In this document: piece by piece, positions 25,664 to 35,736 of the stretch | Position numbering within the stretch: the first letter of the stretch is position 1 | Layout of the letters: every line of letters begins with the position of its first letter | Source of the DNA: SAR202 cluster bacterium bin127 | Lineage (GTDB): Bacteria > Chloroflexota > Dehalococcoidia > Lucifugimonadales > Lucifugimonadaceae | Length of the DNA stretch: 64,000 bases | Reading direction: 5' to 3' | Assembly: GCA_002239045.1 (NCBI GenBank) | Contig: MPNN01000010.1 | Location: 9,245 to 73,244, forward strand | Made by a program: the position numbers and the translations under genes | The notes under the pieces: model-generated | What the model was told of the DNA's origin: nothing | Database searches by the model: none | Seen by the model: the letters and a program-made list of their open reading frames with translations, nothing else

Positions 25664-28360
25664 ATGATCTTCACACCTGCTGCTGCACGCAGCGCGCGAC
25701 GCTCCGCGACGCTGCTGTTCGCCGCTGTTCTGATCACTTTCACTGCCTGCACTCAAGATCCTCCACCACCGCCGAAGGAGGGACGCAGCGTGCCCCTTCC
25801 CACCAGCCGGCCGGCGCCGACGCCAACTCCCGTTTCGGCACCTGTTGCCACATCTGCCGCGACGACCTCAACGACACCAACATTCACACCAGCCCCAAAC
25901 GCAACATCCCAGGCGCTCCCGACGCAAACACCACATCAGACCTACGCACTCGCGTCGCCGACTCCCATAAACATCGCAACAGCTGGATCGACACCAACTC
26001 CGTCGTCAACTCAGCCACCGACCCACACACCCCTTCCGCCCTTCGTGCCCAAGCTTTCGAGCGTCTCGCATCCCGATTCCACTCCTACTTCCTTCGCTAC
26101 CGCTGTGCAGAAAACTACGCATACGCCAACTCCCAAGCGCCCGTGCGTATCACCACCGTCACAACGCGCCACGCCGGAACAGGAGCGCGTAATTAGCTCA
26201 GCGGATTCTTCGTCGGAGCACGGATTCCCGCAAGAGACTACGAAAATTCTGCACGACCTTGCGGGGCAGTCTCCGGATGCTTTTGACGCCCTGATGAAAC
26301 GCATCGGGCCTTTGTCACGCGCGTACAACGAGGGTTATTACTTCTATGAAACGTTGTTGCCGTATTACCAGGCTATAGCCGTCTGTGACGAGGCGGCAGC
26401 TAAAGAAATATTGGGGATGCCCTTCCTAAGTGACTCCTACCACGATGCTGATCGCCAAGAAGACTACGGCATGATCGATTCCTTGGGAGGCGCACTGTGG
26501 GATAGTCTGTCCAGATTGGCCGAGGCGGATTTGGACGGATTGGAGCGAGTACTCTCTCACCCTGATCTCGACGGCGGTATTACCAACGAACTAACGGCTC
26601 TCAGCATGCTGTTGGCCCTGGAACAGGAGGAACCTGAGGCCGCGGCCGCCATACAGGCGTTGCCTTGGGTTCGAGACGGTATAGAAAACAAGCGGCGCGG
26701 TGATTACCACGAAGATGAGGGCTTGGGGGTTGCGGACCTGGTTGGATTGGCATGGCGTTCCGACGAGTCGTTTTGGACTCTCTTGAACAAGCCCTGGGTG
26801 CATGATAGCTTTGGCGAAGATTGGTTTGTTGCTGTCCAGAGTGTCTTCTATCTGGCCGTGTCAAATGATCGAGCCGCGACATTGGTTCTGCAACTCTTTG
26901 ATCAGCCCGGCGAACCCATGTATCACATGACGTTGCTGATGAATGGTTTGATGGAGAATCACCCTGACGAGTTCGCACGAATTTTGTCCAGTCCCGAACT
27001 TTCCAACGACGAAGCGAACGACCGTCGGAAGGCCATCCTGCTGCTGCAGATTCTCAGGCTGACCGACCCCGATGCCGCCGCGACCGTGGAATTTCTGCCT
27101 TTTGTCCAAGACGGAATCGACCCGCGCGAGCAGTACGACATTTACTGGCTGTGGAGAATAGCACTTGTGTCGGATGCCGTTCTGACAGCCTTGGCAGACC
27201 TGTCCTGGGTACATGACGGACTTACGCCCGACGAACTATCGGCGACGCGGATTCTCGCGAACGTGGCGGGCAGCTACGCCTCTACTAGAGACCCGTTGGC
27301 AGCACAGCGAATTGCAGTCATGCCATTCCTGAAGGAAGTGGACACCTTGGACGTCGGGGTCCTGCGAGCCCTGCAGAACCTGAATGAGCAATCGAGAGAG
27401 TGGGATACGAGCAGCCCGGACTATCTGTGGCAGGTCTTGTCGCACCCGTCCTTAGGCGGCGGCATTGCGGACACCCAAAGGAGCGTCATCACCGTCGCCG
27501 ACGTCGTGGTTGAAGCCCGTCCAGAATTGCTGGACACCGTGTTGGATCCTGAGCAGACCATTGTAGTGGAGCGCCCGATCGTGCTGCCCCTTGCGGGCGA
27601 GGTGCTGCTGGTCACTATCTGGCCGGGAGCACCAGCATCGCAGGCGAAAGCGATCGAAGAGAAAGCGGTCCGCACGATCAACCTGTTGGAACACGCCGTA
27701 CGACATCACGAAGAGTTCATGGGTATACCCTATCCTAGGAAATTCGTGACTGCTATCGTTATGGATGTGGAGGAGGATTTAGAGAGGAAGCGGACTTCGG
27801 AGTTGGTATCGACCCTTGGCATCGCCCCGGAGTTCTTCGATGCAGGAGACGTTATCGCTTACAAAGCGGCCTATGCGTACTGGCGCAATTCGCCGGACTG
27901 GCGCGTCTCGCCGGGATGGATCAGCGAGGGTGCTTCCACGTTCCTAGCGTCGAGGTCAGAAAACGTCCGCCTTGGTGTGCCACTCCCGGACCCGCCCGCG
28001 TCTTGCTCCGAGTTTGGAAGTCTCCGCGAAATAGGAGACTTAAAGTTCGAATCGGGGGACTATGCCAATGCCAACACCGCTCTCATCACCTGCGACCGCG
28101 CACTGGGCGAGGGACTGTTTTTGAGGCTCTTCGATGCCTTTAAAATTGAGGATTTCCGTCAGGGGTTCACCACGTTGAGCTTTGTGATGAAGGAAGTTTA
28201 TGAGGCCGACTCGGCCGGTGGCTTCGCGGCTTGCCGCAATTCAACTGATTGGAAGTTTCGGCACCCCTGCTACCTTAAAGAGGCCTTCGCCATGGGAGAA
28301 GACGCAGTGGAGGCGCACGCCGTCCGGAGGACTATTGATCGGCTTTACGGGCGCGAATAA
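25664..28360 (+). CDS. Large secreted lipoprotein with a Pro/Thr-rich linker and repeated P(W/F)VxDG helical modules; function unknown
   Basis: The ATG at 25664 gives a signal peptide with lipobox ITFTAC. The ORF-track start at 25562 abuts the tRNA. About 170 aa of P/T/S-rich low complexity precedes the repeated motifs. Confidence 0.7.
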   Translation: MIFTPAAARSARRSATLLFAAVLITFTACTQDPPPPPKEGRSVPLPTSRPAPTPTPVSAPVATSAATTSTTPTFTPAPNATSQALPTQTPHQTYALASPTPINIATAGSTPTPSSTQPPTHTPLPPFVPKLSSVSHPDSTPTSFATAVQKTTHTPTPKRPCVSPPSQRATPEQERVISSADSSSEHGFPQETTKILHDLAGQSPDAFDALMKRIGPLSRAYNEGYYFYETLLPYYQAIAVCDEAAAKEILGMPFLSDSYHDADRQEDYGMIDSLGGALWDSLSRLAEADLDGLERVLSHPDLDGGITNELTALSMLLALEQEEPEAAAAIQALPWVRDGIENKRRGDYHEDEGLGVADLVGLAWRSDESFWTLLNKPWVHDSFGEDWFVAVQSVFYLAVSNDRAATLVLQLFDQPGEPMYHMTLLMNGLMENHPDEFARILSSPELSNDEANDRRKAILLLQILRLTDPDAAATVEFLPFVQDGIDPREQYDIYWLWRIALVSDAVLTALADLSWVHDGLTPDELSATRILANVAGSYASTRDPLAAQRIAVMPFLKEVDTLDVGVLRALQNLNEQSREWDTSSPDYLWQVLSHPSLGGGIADTQRSVITVADVVVEARPELLDTVLDPEQTIVVERPIVLPLAGEVLLVTIWPGAPASQAKAIEEKAVRTINLLEHAVRHHEEFMGIPYPRKFVTAIVMDVEEDLERKRTSELVSTLGIAPEFFDAGDVIAYKAAYAYWRNSPDWRVSPGWISEGASTFLASRSENVRLGVPLPDPPASCSEFGSLREIGDLKFESGDYANANTALITCDRALGEGLFLRLFDAFKIEDFRQGFTTLSFVMKEVYEADSAGGFAACRNSTDWKFRHPCYLKEAFAMGEDAVEAHAVRRTIDRLYGRE

Positions 28361-28645
28361 GGCAGTCGATTCCTCACATCGTCGACCCGGCCCCGGTGCA
28401 ATCGCGTTGGCGCCGACTAGGCAGCCAGTATCAGATGCCATCCCATCCACCGATCTAGTCCCTATGCTGGTCTACGCAATGTAGAGGGTAGGACAAGAAA
28501 CGACGGCATCTAACCCCGACCGGAGCTGATGCCCGCGCACCTCGCCGCAGTTTCTCCGAATACACGATCCAAGCCATAACAGTCGACAACCCGGCCAGAG
28601 TGCTCGCTCTGGCGTAACTGCCTTACTTCTTCTAGGGCGTTGGAA

Positions 28646-29524
28646 TTAAACGCTAGAGAAGGGGATAACTTCCATCTTGACGGTCGCGTCGAGAGTTGAG
28701 GGTTCCCCATCGATGAGGATGCCGCGGGTAGGGGAGACGTCGAGGTAGTCACGCCCAACGGCGATGCGGACATGCCTTTCGTCGGCGATGGTGGTGTTTG
28801 TGGGATCGAAACCGAACCAACCGAGGTCGGGCAGCAGACACTCGACCCATGCATGAGTGGCGGATTCCGAAACCTGCTCACCGTACATGCCAGTGAGGTA
28901 CATGTATCCGGATACGTAGCGTGTCGGAATGCCCCATGATCGAGCGATTGCAATCATGACGTGCGCGTAATCCTGGCAGACGCCTTGTCGGGTTTCGAGA
29001 ATCTCTTCAATCTTCGATGCCGCGTTCGTAGATCCAGGAGTGTATTCAAAGTTGCGGAATAAGGTGTCGCCGAGGCGAAGAAGCGATTCGACTGGGTCTG
29101 ATCCCGACCCGATGCGATATTTCGTTACAAAGTCATCGAGTGCTGGCGAGGCGATCGTCATCGGACTTTCGTGCGTGTAATGCCAGTGTTCGAACGAATT
29201 CTTCCAAGAGGCGATTTCTTGCCAAGCTCCGGATTCCATAGCACTTGGAAGTCGTGCCGCCGCGATGTTGTCGACCTCCGAATTGGCAGAGATGACGAGG
29301 GAATCGTGTTCGAAATTGACGGTGATGAAATGCTTGTTGTTACCGAAAGGGTCGGTTTCGGGACTAAGATAGACGCTCGGTTCAGTGTTTGCTTCGAATC
29401 GACGGACGTTCTGATCGAAATCGCTGCGTGGTTCGAGGCAAATCCACATTACGGAGCGCGCGACGGGTTCGCGATATTGGTATCGAGAATTGTGCTGGAT
29501 CGCGTATCGAACCATCTCGGTCAT
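28646..29524 (-). CDS. Transglutaminase-family protein (Bact_transglu_N plus transglutaminase core)
   Basis: Catalytic-core pattern GVCQDYAHVMIAIARSWGIPTRYVSGY, ATHAWVE, GFDPTN. Confidence 0.85.
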   Translation of the reverse strand: MTEMVRYAIQHNSRYQYREPVARSVMWICLEPRSDFDQNVRRFEANTEPSVYLSPETDPFGNNKHFITVNFEHDSLVISANSEVDNIAAARLPSAMESGAWQEIASWKNSFEHWHYTHESPMTIASPALDDFVTKYRIGSGSDPVESLLRLGDTLFRNFEYTPGSTNAASKIEEILETRQGVCQDYAHVMIAIARSWGIPTRYVSGYMYLTGMYGEQVSESATHAWVECLLPDLGWFGFDPTNTTIADERHVRIAVGRDYLDVSPTRGILIDGEPSTLDATVKMEVIPFSSV

Positions 29525-30498
29525 CGGATATCGCTCCTCGGCACACCTTGAAAGGCGTAGTTGAAATAGGTTTTCGAAAGTAGATTGTCGAGTTGTCTGG
29601 AATATTGCAAGACTTGGCGCAACACTTCATCGCGGTCATCCCGGTCTGGCCAATCGTACCGCAACAATGCGCCTAAGCGACCTGCTTGCCGACGCAGAGC
29701 GCCACTGGTGGCTGCGTCGGGTCCGTCACCTAAAGAGGACAATTCTTGTGTGGTTCGATCAACAGAACGTAGGAGTGATTCGGGAATCCGACGATCGGTT
29801 ACTAGGAGATCCAATACCAAGTCGGGTTGGATTTCGATGCTGTAGGTCCGGTCGTACGCTCCAGACGCATGGAATATCTTGAGCAGACTTCTCCAACTGG
29901 CTTCGGTGAGTTCACCGGTTTGGTTTTCGATCATTTTCTGCGTTAACAGAAGAGAGCAGCCAAATTGCACGCGCTCGATGAATTGCCCAACGCGGAAAAA
30001 GTGCCAGCCTTCGTCCCGATACATCGTCGCCGTTGCGACGCCGGAAAATCGATCGATGGCCGCAAGCAGTTCCTCGTAGAAAGAGCTCGGCGACGTTAAC
30101 CATATGTCAGTCAATTTGACGTCGCGGATGCGGAGAAACTCGGTGTTGAGCGCGGTCCACATCTGATCGCTGACGCAGTGTCGTATCTGCCGGGCGTTTT
30201 CGCGACCTCGTTCCAAACAGCTGAGAATCGACTCTGGGTTGTCGCGGACGAAGGTGAGTTCGTCAGTGAGCAAATACGCATCAACTAGGTTGTAATCATC
30301 GAGCAGTCCTACCGCTTGCACTCCGCCGAGCGGATTTCGGTTAATCGCTGCGTAAATCCGCCGCCAACCGAATTGAATCTCGCTGACAGGTCGGTCGACG
30401 AGCGCTTCGGACTGTATGTGTAGCAAGCGACACATATAGCCGGCACGTTCCATGTACCGAGCCATCCAGTAGATTCCGTTTGCGCTGTTGGAGAGCAT
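29521..30498 (-). CDS. Alpha-E domain protein (DUF403)
   Basis: N-terminal ANGIYWMARYMERA is typical of alpha-E. 4-nt overlap with the downstream transglutaminase gene. Confidence 0.8.
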   Translation of the reverse strand: MLSNSANGIYWMARYMERAGYMCRLLHIQSEALVDRPVSEIQFGWRRIYAAINRNPLGGVQAVGLLDDYNLVDAYLLTDELTFVRDNPESILSCLERGRENARQIRHCVSDQMWTALNTEFLRIRDVKLTDIWLTSPSSFYEELLAAIDRFSGVATATMYRDEGWHFFRVGQFIERVQFGCSLLLTQKMIENQTGELTEASWRSLLKIFHASGAYDRTYSIEIQPDLVLDLLVTDRRIPESLLRSVDRTTQELSSLGDGPDAATSGALRRQAGRLGALLRYDWPDRDDRDEVLRQVLQYSRQLDNLLSKTYFNYAFQGVPRSDIR

Positions 30499-30503
30499 AT
30501 CGG

Positions 30504-31937
30504 TCAGTCAGGTAGCACCCAGATATCTTTTGCGCCGCCGCCTTGACTTGAATTAACCACCAAACTGCCTCGCTTCAGAGCGATGCGGCAAAGACCACCA
30601 GGGACGATACGAGTTTCATTGCCGCGAAGCACAAACGGACGCAGATCGACGTGTCGCGGTTCAAACTGGTCGTCAATCAGACAAGGTGCACGGGAGAGGT
30701 CGAGGACCGGTTGCGAAATGTAGTTTTTCGGGTTCGCCTGGATCTGTTTAGCGTATTCCTGTCGCTCCTCGGCGGTCGAGTGCGGTCCAATCAACATCCC
30801 ATAACCGCCAGACCCACCAACTTCCTTTACCACGAGATCTGCGAGGTTGTCCAGCGTGTATTCGAGCCCTTCCGGTTGACGGCACAGATAGGTGTCGACG
30901 TTGGCGAGAATGGGCTCTTCGCTGAGGTAGTAGCGAATGATGTCAGGGACGTACGCGTAGACGCTTTTGTCGTCGGCGACACCGGTTCCCGGCGCGTTTG
31001 CAAGCGTTACGTTTCCGAGACGATAGGCGTGGAGGAGGCCGGGCACGCCGAGGTACGAATCGGGTCTGAAGACAAGCGGATCGATGAAGTCATCGTCGAC
31101 TCGACGGTAAATCACATCAACCCGACGCAATCCGCTGGTGGTTCGCATATAGACGTAGCCGTCGTTGACGATCAGATCTCGCCCTTCAACCAGCTCTGCA
31201 TCCAACTCTCGAGCGAGGAACATATGCTCATAAAAAGCGGAGTTGTAGACGCCTGGCGTCAACAGCGCAATGGTCGGGTCGGTGACGCCTGGCGGTGCGA
31301 GGTCACGGAGGGTGCTCAAAAGCAGCTTTCCGTAGTGTTCCACGTCTAGAACGTTCGATCTCCGGTAGACGCCCCGGAGGTTAGCCTTGACCGCCTTGCG
31401 GGTGGCAATCATGTAAGAAACGCCGGAAGGCACTCGAAGATTGTCTTCGAGTACGCGGAAGCCGTCATTGGTGCGAACGAGATCGGTACCGCAGACAGCG
31501 ACCCACGCGCCATGCAAAGCGGAAAGCCCGCGCATCTCGATCCGATATTGTGGACAGTCGCGAATGACGTCGGTCGGGATGACGCCGTCGGCGATGATGC
31601 GTGCTTCGTTGTATACGTCTTGCAGAAAAAGGTTTAATGCGCGAAGGCGTTGGTCTAACCCGGTTTCGATGTGGCGCCACTCGGCGTTCGCCAATACCCT
31701 AGGCACGCAGTCGATGGGGATGATACGTTCACCGGCGGCTTCATTGCCATAGACGATGAACGTGATGCCTTCGTTGTAAAACGAACGGGTAACACGCTCC
31801 TGCATCGTGCTAAGTTCAAGCCCGGTCAAGTCGGAGAGCGTCGCGTGAAGCTCGACGCAATGTTGCCGCGGCGAACCATCGCCGTGAAACATTTCGTCGT
31901 AGAACGACGGCTCTATTTCGTATTTTTGGAACTCCAA
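30504..31937 (-). CDS. Circularly permuted type-2 ATP-grasp protein
   Basis: About 477 aa with blocks PIDCVPR, LEDNLRVPSGVSY, VVKEVGGSGGYGMLIGP, SQGGGAKDIWV. Classic partner of alpha-E and transglutaminase genes. Confidence 0.8.
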   Translation of the reverse strand: MEFQKYEIEPSFYDEMFHGDGSPRQHCVELHATLSDLTGLELSTMQERVTRSFYNEGITFIVYGNEAAGERIIPIDCVPRVLANAEWRHIETGLDQRLRALNLFLQDVYNEARIIADGVIPTDVIRDCPQYRIEMRGLSALHGAWVAVCGTDLVRTNDGFRVLEDNLRVPSGVSYMIATRKAVKANLRGVYRRSNVLDVEHYGKLLLSTLRDLAPPGVTDPTIALLTPGVYNSAFYEHMFLARELDAELVEGRDLIVNDGYVYMRTTSGLRRVDVIYRRVDDDFIDPLVFRPDSYLGVPGLLHAYRLGNVTLANAPGTGVADDKSVYAYVPDIIRYYLSEEPILANVDTYLCRQPEGLEYTLDNLADLVVKEVGGSGGYGMLIGPHSTAEERQEYAKQIQANPKNYISQPVLDLSRAPCLIDDQFEPRHVDLRPFVLRGNETRIVPGGLCRIALKRGSLVVNSSQGGGAKDIWVLPD

Positions 31938-32045
31938 AGTGGTATTCGGCTTTGTTGATGGGCAACTTGCAGTTTTAGCTGCAATAACGGAAAAATCCGT
32001 TTAATAGGATACCAACCCTCGATTGCGAACCATATGCGAGGGCAA

Positions 32046-32945
32046 CTATATCTTCTGCCATGCGATGCCGATCGCGCCGCGCCCGGCGTAAAGTCCGATG
32101 AACGGATGGAAGTCGGAGATGAGCATGAGTTCGCAGTCGCACCTTGCTCGTATTTGAGCGGCGATCGATCTGGCACGTTCAGGTGCGTCAACGTGCAACA
32201 CGATGAATCGAGCGGTCTCGGTGCCTAAGTCACCTGAAATCTCCCGCAACATGCGGCGAATCGCTGATCGCATCGACAACGGTTTTGCAACTACGCGAAA
32301 TTCATCGATGTCGAACGTGACAACAGGTTTTACGTTCACCGCGTGCGCCAAATTGATCAGGGTTCGAGGAATGTTGGCGATATGGTGGATCCGATGGAGG
32401 TTGTCCAAAGTGGCGATAGTTTGAAGACTAGACTTGGTGAGCTCAATGTGCGCAATGACAGCGTCGGCATCGAGTCCTTGCTCGGTGGCGCGCACCGATT
32501 CCGTGGCGAGGAGATGCAACGCACCGGATATGGTGCCCGAGTCTACGACGCGGACATCGAGCTCTTTGTTTTCGGTCCGTGACATTTCGGCAGCGACGCG
32601 GGCGGAATCGTAAGATGCGCTCAGGCCGGCGGAAACGGTTAAGCAGATCACCGATTCGACGTTTGGCGAGGCATTTTTGATCGTTTCGAGCCACTCTGTC
32701 GGGACAGGCGCTGATGCCCATCCGCGGATTTCCGGTTCGCGCGCGCTGCGCCGGTAAAGATCGGAGTAGTTGAGATCTGGGTTGTCGATGAAGGAATCGT
32801 CACCGATGTTAATGCACATCGGCGCAACGGGCACGTTGTGAACGTCGACGAATTCGGGGCTCAACAAGGCGCAGGAATCTACAGCGATAGCGACTCGACG
32901 ATCAAGGCCGGTAACTGGATTCGTTTCGTCGAAGTGTCGGGCCAC
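32046..32945 (-). CDS. DegV-family (fatty-acid-binding) protein
   Basis: VAIAVDSCALLSPEF, TVSAGLSASY and DSGTISGAL fit the DegV pattern. Confidence 0.75.
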   Translation of the reverse strand: MARHFDETNPVTGLDRRVAIAVDSCALLSPEFVDVHNVPVAPMCINIGDDSFIDNPDLNYSDLYRRSAREPEIRGWASAPVPTEWLETIKNASPNVESVICLTVSAGLSASYDSARVAAEMSRTENKELDVRVVDSGTISGALHLLATESVRATEQGLDADAVIAHIELTKSSLQTIATLDNLHRIHHIANIPRTLINLAHAVNVKPVVTFDIDEFRVVAKPLSMRSAIRRMLREISGDLGTETARFIVLHVDAPERARSIAAQIRARCDCELMLISDFHPFIGLYAGRGAIGIAWQKI

Positions 32946-32967
32946 TTTAGGTTCGAGGTGAAGAGAG

Positions 32968-33043
32968 TGGCACCCCCGGCGCGATTCGAACGCGCAACCT
33001 AAAGATTAGAAGTCTTTCGCTCTATCCGTTGAGCTACGGGGGC
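32968..33043 (-). tRNA. tRNA-Arg (anticodon TCT)
   Basis: The reverse complement folds as acceptor GCCCCCG/CGGGGGT, anticodon arm AAAGA-CTTCTAA-TCTTT, T arm GCGCG-TTCGAAT-CGCGC, with CCA encoded. Confidence 0.9.
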
Positions 33044-33187
33044 GCGGGATGTGACAACTCTGATTCTAAATCGACGTTGTCGAAATGAATCAGTTAGTCA
33101 ATTGCCGGTGTTTCCCTGCTACCGAGACGCCGGGAGCCGCGAAATCGATTGGACGCAAAGTTGCGAATGCGGGACGCGTGAGCTTCG

Positions 33188-34252
33188 TCAATTGCTCGGT
33201 TCTGAAAACGTGAGCATCCTTGTCGGGTTGCTGACGAGCATCGTATTGATGTCGTCCTCTGATGTACCACGGGCCCGCATGCGAGGTACAACTCGGGCGA
33301 TGATGTGGTCCCAACCGTGCCCGCCGTACTTCTTGATCCGGTGCTTCGAGCAAATGTCGTGGGCGTGCAGAATTTGATTCACGTGTCCATTGGCTATCAC
33401 ATGCTCGACCTGCTCCAAGCGGTGCTGATCCGAGGCCATGTAGGTTGAAGGGTTCATGGGGTAGAAGGTAGATTCGTGCCCCCAAAGGTCCCAGTTCATG
33501 TAGGCACCAGTGGCGGCGACTTCGTCGAGGACGCCGAGGTCGAAGATAGTTCGTTCGATATGACCCATTACCGTGTGCGAAAGGTCGCCGCCCCAACGGT
33601 CCACGGCTTCAAGGAGTTGGATCGGCGCATAGTTGTCCCGGCCGGGATGGATGAGGAGGGGAGCGCCGGTTGCCCGTTGGGCCATGACGGCCGCTTCCAA
33701 GGTTTTCTTTTCGGTGTCTTCCCAAGGCCAAGAGTTTCCGATTTCGCCGATGATGCCGGTCTTGATGCCTGTGTCGCCGACACCATGTTGTACGTCGCGG
33801 ATGATCCCTTCGGCCAACTCGTCGACCGTGGCATTCTGAATGTCCTCGCCGTGCGTTAGATAGACGTAGTGTCCGCCGCCCATGACTACGTTCAGTCCCG
33901 TGGCACGGGAGATGCGCTGTAGGGCTAATGGATCGCGTCCGATCCCAATGGATGTGACATCGACGATCGTGGAACCGCCGGCGTTGTAAAACTCGCTGGC
34001 CTCGGCGATCGCGACATCGACATCGAGCAATCTGAGATTATCGATGTTGCTGTTCCAGTAATGTCGCACCCACCACAGGTTTTCCAAACTGACAGGTTCC
34101 AGCTTCCTCTTTAGGTTGCTGGCACCGGGAAGCTCCTCCAAGACGGGGATGAAGTCGATCAGAAGGTGCTCATGGGTTATCGTGGCGCCTACTTGGCTCG
34201 GGTCGATGAGGCCTTGAACGGTTTGGACTTTTCCGGCGATGGAGTTTGCCAT
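33188..34252 (-). CDS. Phosphotriesterase-related (PTE/aryldialkylphosphatase family) amidohydrolase-fold protein
   Basis: ITHEHLLIDF (HxH metal motif), VDVTSIG, IIGEIG, and the HPG and HxD patterns. Start set at the ATG at 34252 (MANSIAGK), which avoids overlap with the upstream gene. Confidence 0.8.
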   Translation of the reverse strand: MANSIAGKVQTVQGLIDPSQVGATITHEHLLIDFIPVLEELPGASNLKRKLEPVSLENLWWVRHYWNSNIDNLRLLDVDVAIAEASEFYNAGGSTIVDVTSIGIGRDPLALQRISRATGLNVVMGGGHYVYLTHGEDIQNATVDELAEGIIRDVQHGVGDTGIKTGIIGEIGNSWPWEDTEKKTLEAAVMAQRATGAPLLIHPGRDNYAPIQLLEAVDRWGGDLSHTVMGHIERTIFDLGVLDEVAATGAYMNWDLWGHESTFYPMNPSTYMASDQHRLEQVEHVIANGHVNQILHAHDICSKHRIKKYGGHGWDHIIARVVPRMRARGTSEDDINTMLVSNPTRMLTFSEPSN

Positions 34253-34305
34253 TGAGATGTCTTTCTGGTGGATGATGTTGCGACGGTTCGCGGTAGTTGA
34301 GACCT

Positions 34306-35166
34306 TTAGAGGTTGCGCCAACTGTGTTGTTGCTCCCAACCGAGAATGCGTTTAGCCTTGGCAGGACTGATGGCGGACGTGAAGCCAGGTAGCGGGGATT
34401 TCAACTCGGCTTCAGGGTAGGCCATCGCAATTGCTTCTTCCGTCGGTACTTCCAAAAAGGTGTCTGTCGCGTTAATGAAGAATGCTTCGTGACCGTCCCA
34501 CTTATTTTCGATCGCCAATCGGCACGCGGCCGCGGATTCTTCGATGTCGGAGTATCCCCAGAAATCCATGGCGTTGCGGCGGAGGGGATTGACCATGCTG
34601 GGATTGCGGGAATTTTTGCGTTCGAGCTGCTCGTGCTTGTGGCCTAGCCAATGGAAGCGCATCGATGCGATCTGCATCTTTCCTGGATTGCGACGAACAA
34701 AGGTATCCGCCATGATCTCGCCGTACCACTTAGACATCGCATAGGAGTCTTGGCACAGCGTTCCTTGTTCTTCGTCTAGAGGGAAATAGGGACGGGGAAC
34801 GCGATTGCGTGAAAAGGCGGCACCGATTGCGTTGATGCTGGATGCCATGACGATGTTGTAAATGCCATGTTTTTCGGCGGCTTCTAGGACTGCCCAGTTA
34901 GACATCGTGTTTACGCGGAGAACTTCCCACTCGGAGGCGATTAGCGGGTTGGGTATTGCCGCCATGTGGATGACTTTGTCGCAACCGTCCATTACGCGCA
35001 TCGCTTCATCAGGGTCGGTGACGTCGGATTCGATGAACTCGAAACCGTCTGTCGAATTCGGTGCTTTTCGGTCGGTGCTGACTACCTCGTACCCATTCGC
35101 CAAGAGGTCCTTGACGATTACTTGGCCCATTTTCCCGGAGCCCCCGGTTACTAGAACTTTGGTCAT
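34306..35166 (-). CDS. NAD-dependent epimerase/dehydratase (extended SDR) family protein
   Basis: VLVTGGSGKMG Rossmann motif and a YAMSK catalytic YxxxK. Confidence 0.85.
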   Translation of the reverse strand: MTKVLVTGGSGKMGQVIVKDLLANGYEVVSTDRKAPNSTDGFEFIESDVTDPDEAMRVMDGCDKVIHMAAIPNPLIASEWEVLRVNTMSNWAVLEAAEKHGIYNIVMASSINAIGAAFSRNRVPRPYFPLDEEQGTLCQDSYAMSKWYGEIMADTFVRRNPGKMQIASMRFHWLGHKHEQLERKNSRNPSMVNPLRRNAMDFWGYSDIEESAAACRLAIENKWDGHEAFFINATDTFLEVPTEEAIAMAYPEAELKSPLPGFTSAISPAKAKRILGWEQQHSWRNL

Positions 35167-35177
35167 GAACGGATTTC

Positions 35178-35642
35178 CTATCGGTTAGGTGGTGGTTGAC
35201 TTTTTTTGAGGGAACGATCAGGCGAATCAGATCCGTTTGATCGGTCGACTTCCAATGGAGAAGGTTCTGAGAATTCTTCACCTATTTCTTCGGCATGTTG
35301 CTTTCGCGCCATCCAATCAGCCCAACGTTGCTGTTCTGCTTCGCGGCCTTCCTCTTTGCCCTCCTCGATGCCTTCTTCGCGACCGCGCTCATACCGGTGT
35401 TTGAGGTATCGTTCTGCGAATATCATTGCTCCCTCCACGATTGTCGTGCTGATGGTTGCTGCTACTAAGATTACTGAAACCGCGCCATCGACCATAGTGT
35501 TTGTGAAACCGATTGCGTCGCCGCGTTGGTGTTGCGGCAACTCTTCGATTGCACGAAATCCCAAGCCAATTACGCAAAGGGTCATGAATAGCACCAAGTG
35601 CCAAGGAATCCAGTCCTGAGGGATCGGACGAAGCCATCTCAA
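35178..35642 (-). CDS. Hypothetical membrane protein with an acidic/basic coiled C-terminal tail
   Basis: Two TM helices, then EGREEGIEEGKEEGREAEQQRW. No family recognised. Confidence 0.45.
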   Translation of the reverse strand: MRWLRPIPQDWIPWHLVLFMTLCVIGLGFRAIEELPQHQRGDAIGFTNTMVDGAVSVILVAATISTTIVEGAMIFAERYLKHRYERGREEGIEEGKEEGREAEQQRWADWMARKQHAEEIGEEFSEPSPLEVDRSNGSDSPDRSLKKSQPPPNR

Positions 35643-35736
35643 CGTTTAACTCCTATGTTTACAAAACCGCCTCGACGTACGTTAAAGCACGTCGGGGGTT
35701 TCGTAATGTCGAGATGGCGAAAAATCCCGTACGGGA

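Noticed and set aside
28366-28375. Possible attR repeat of the tRNA-Met 3' end downstream of the large lipoprotein gene, which would define a tRNA-linked island at 25.5-28.4 kb.
   Set aside because: Only TCGATTCC(-)TC matches the tRNA T-loop region, about 10 nt with a gap. That is too short and generic, and no integrase is present.
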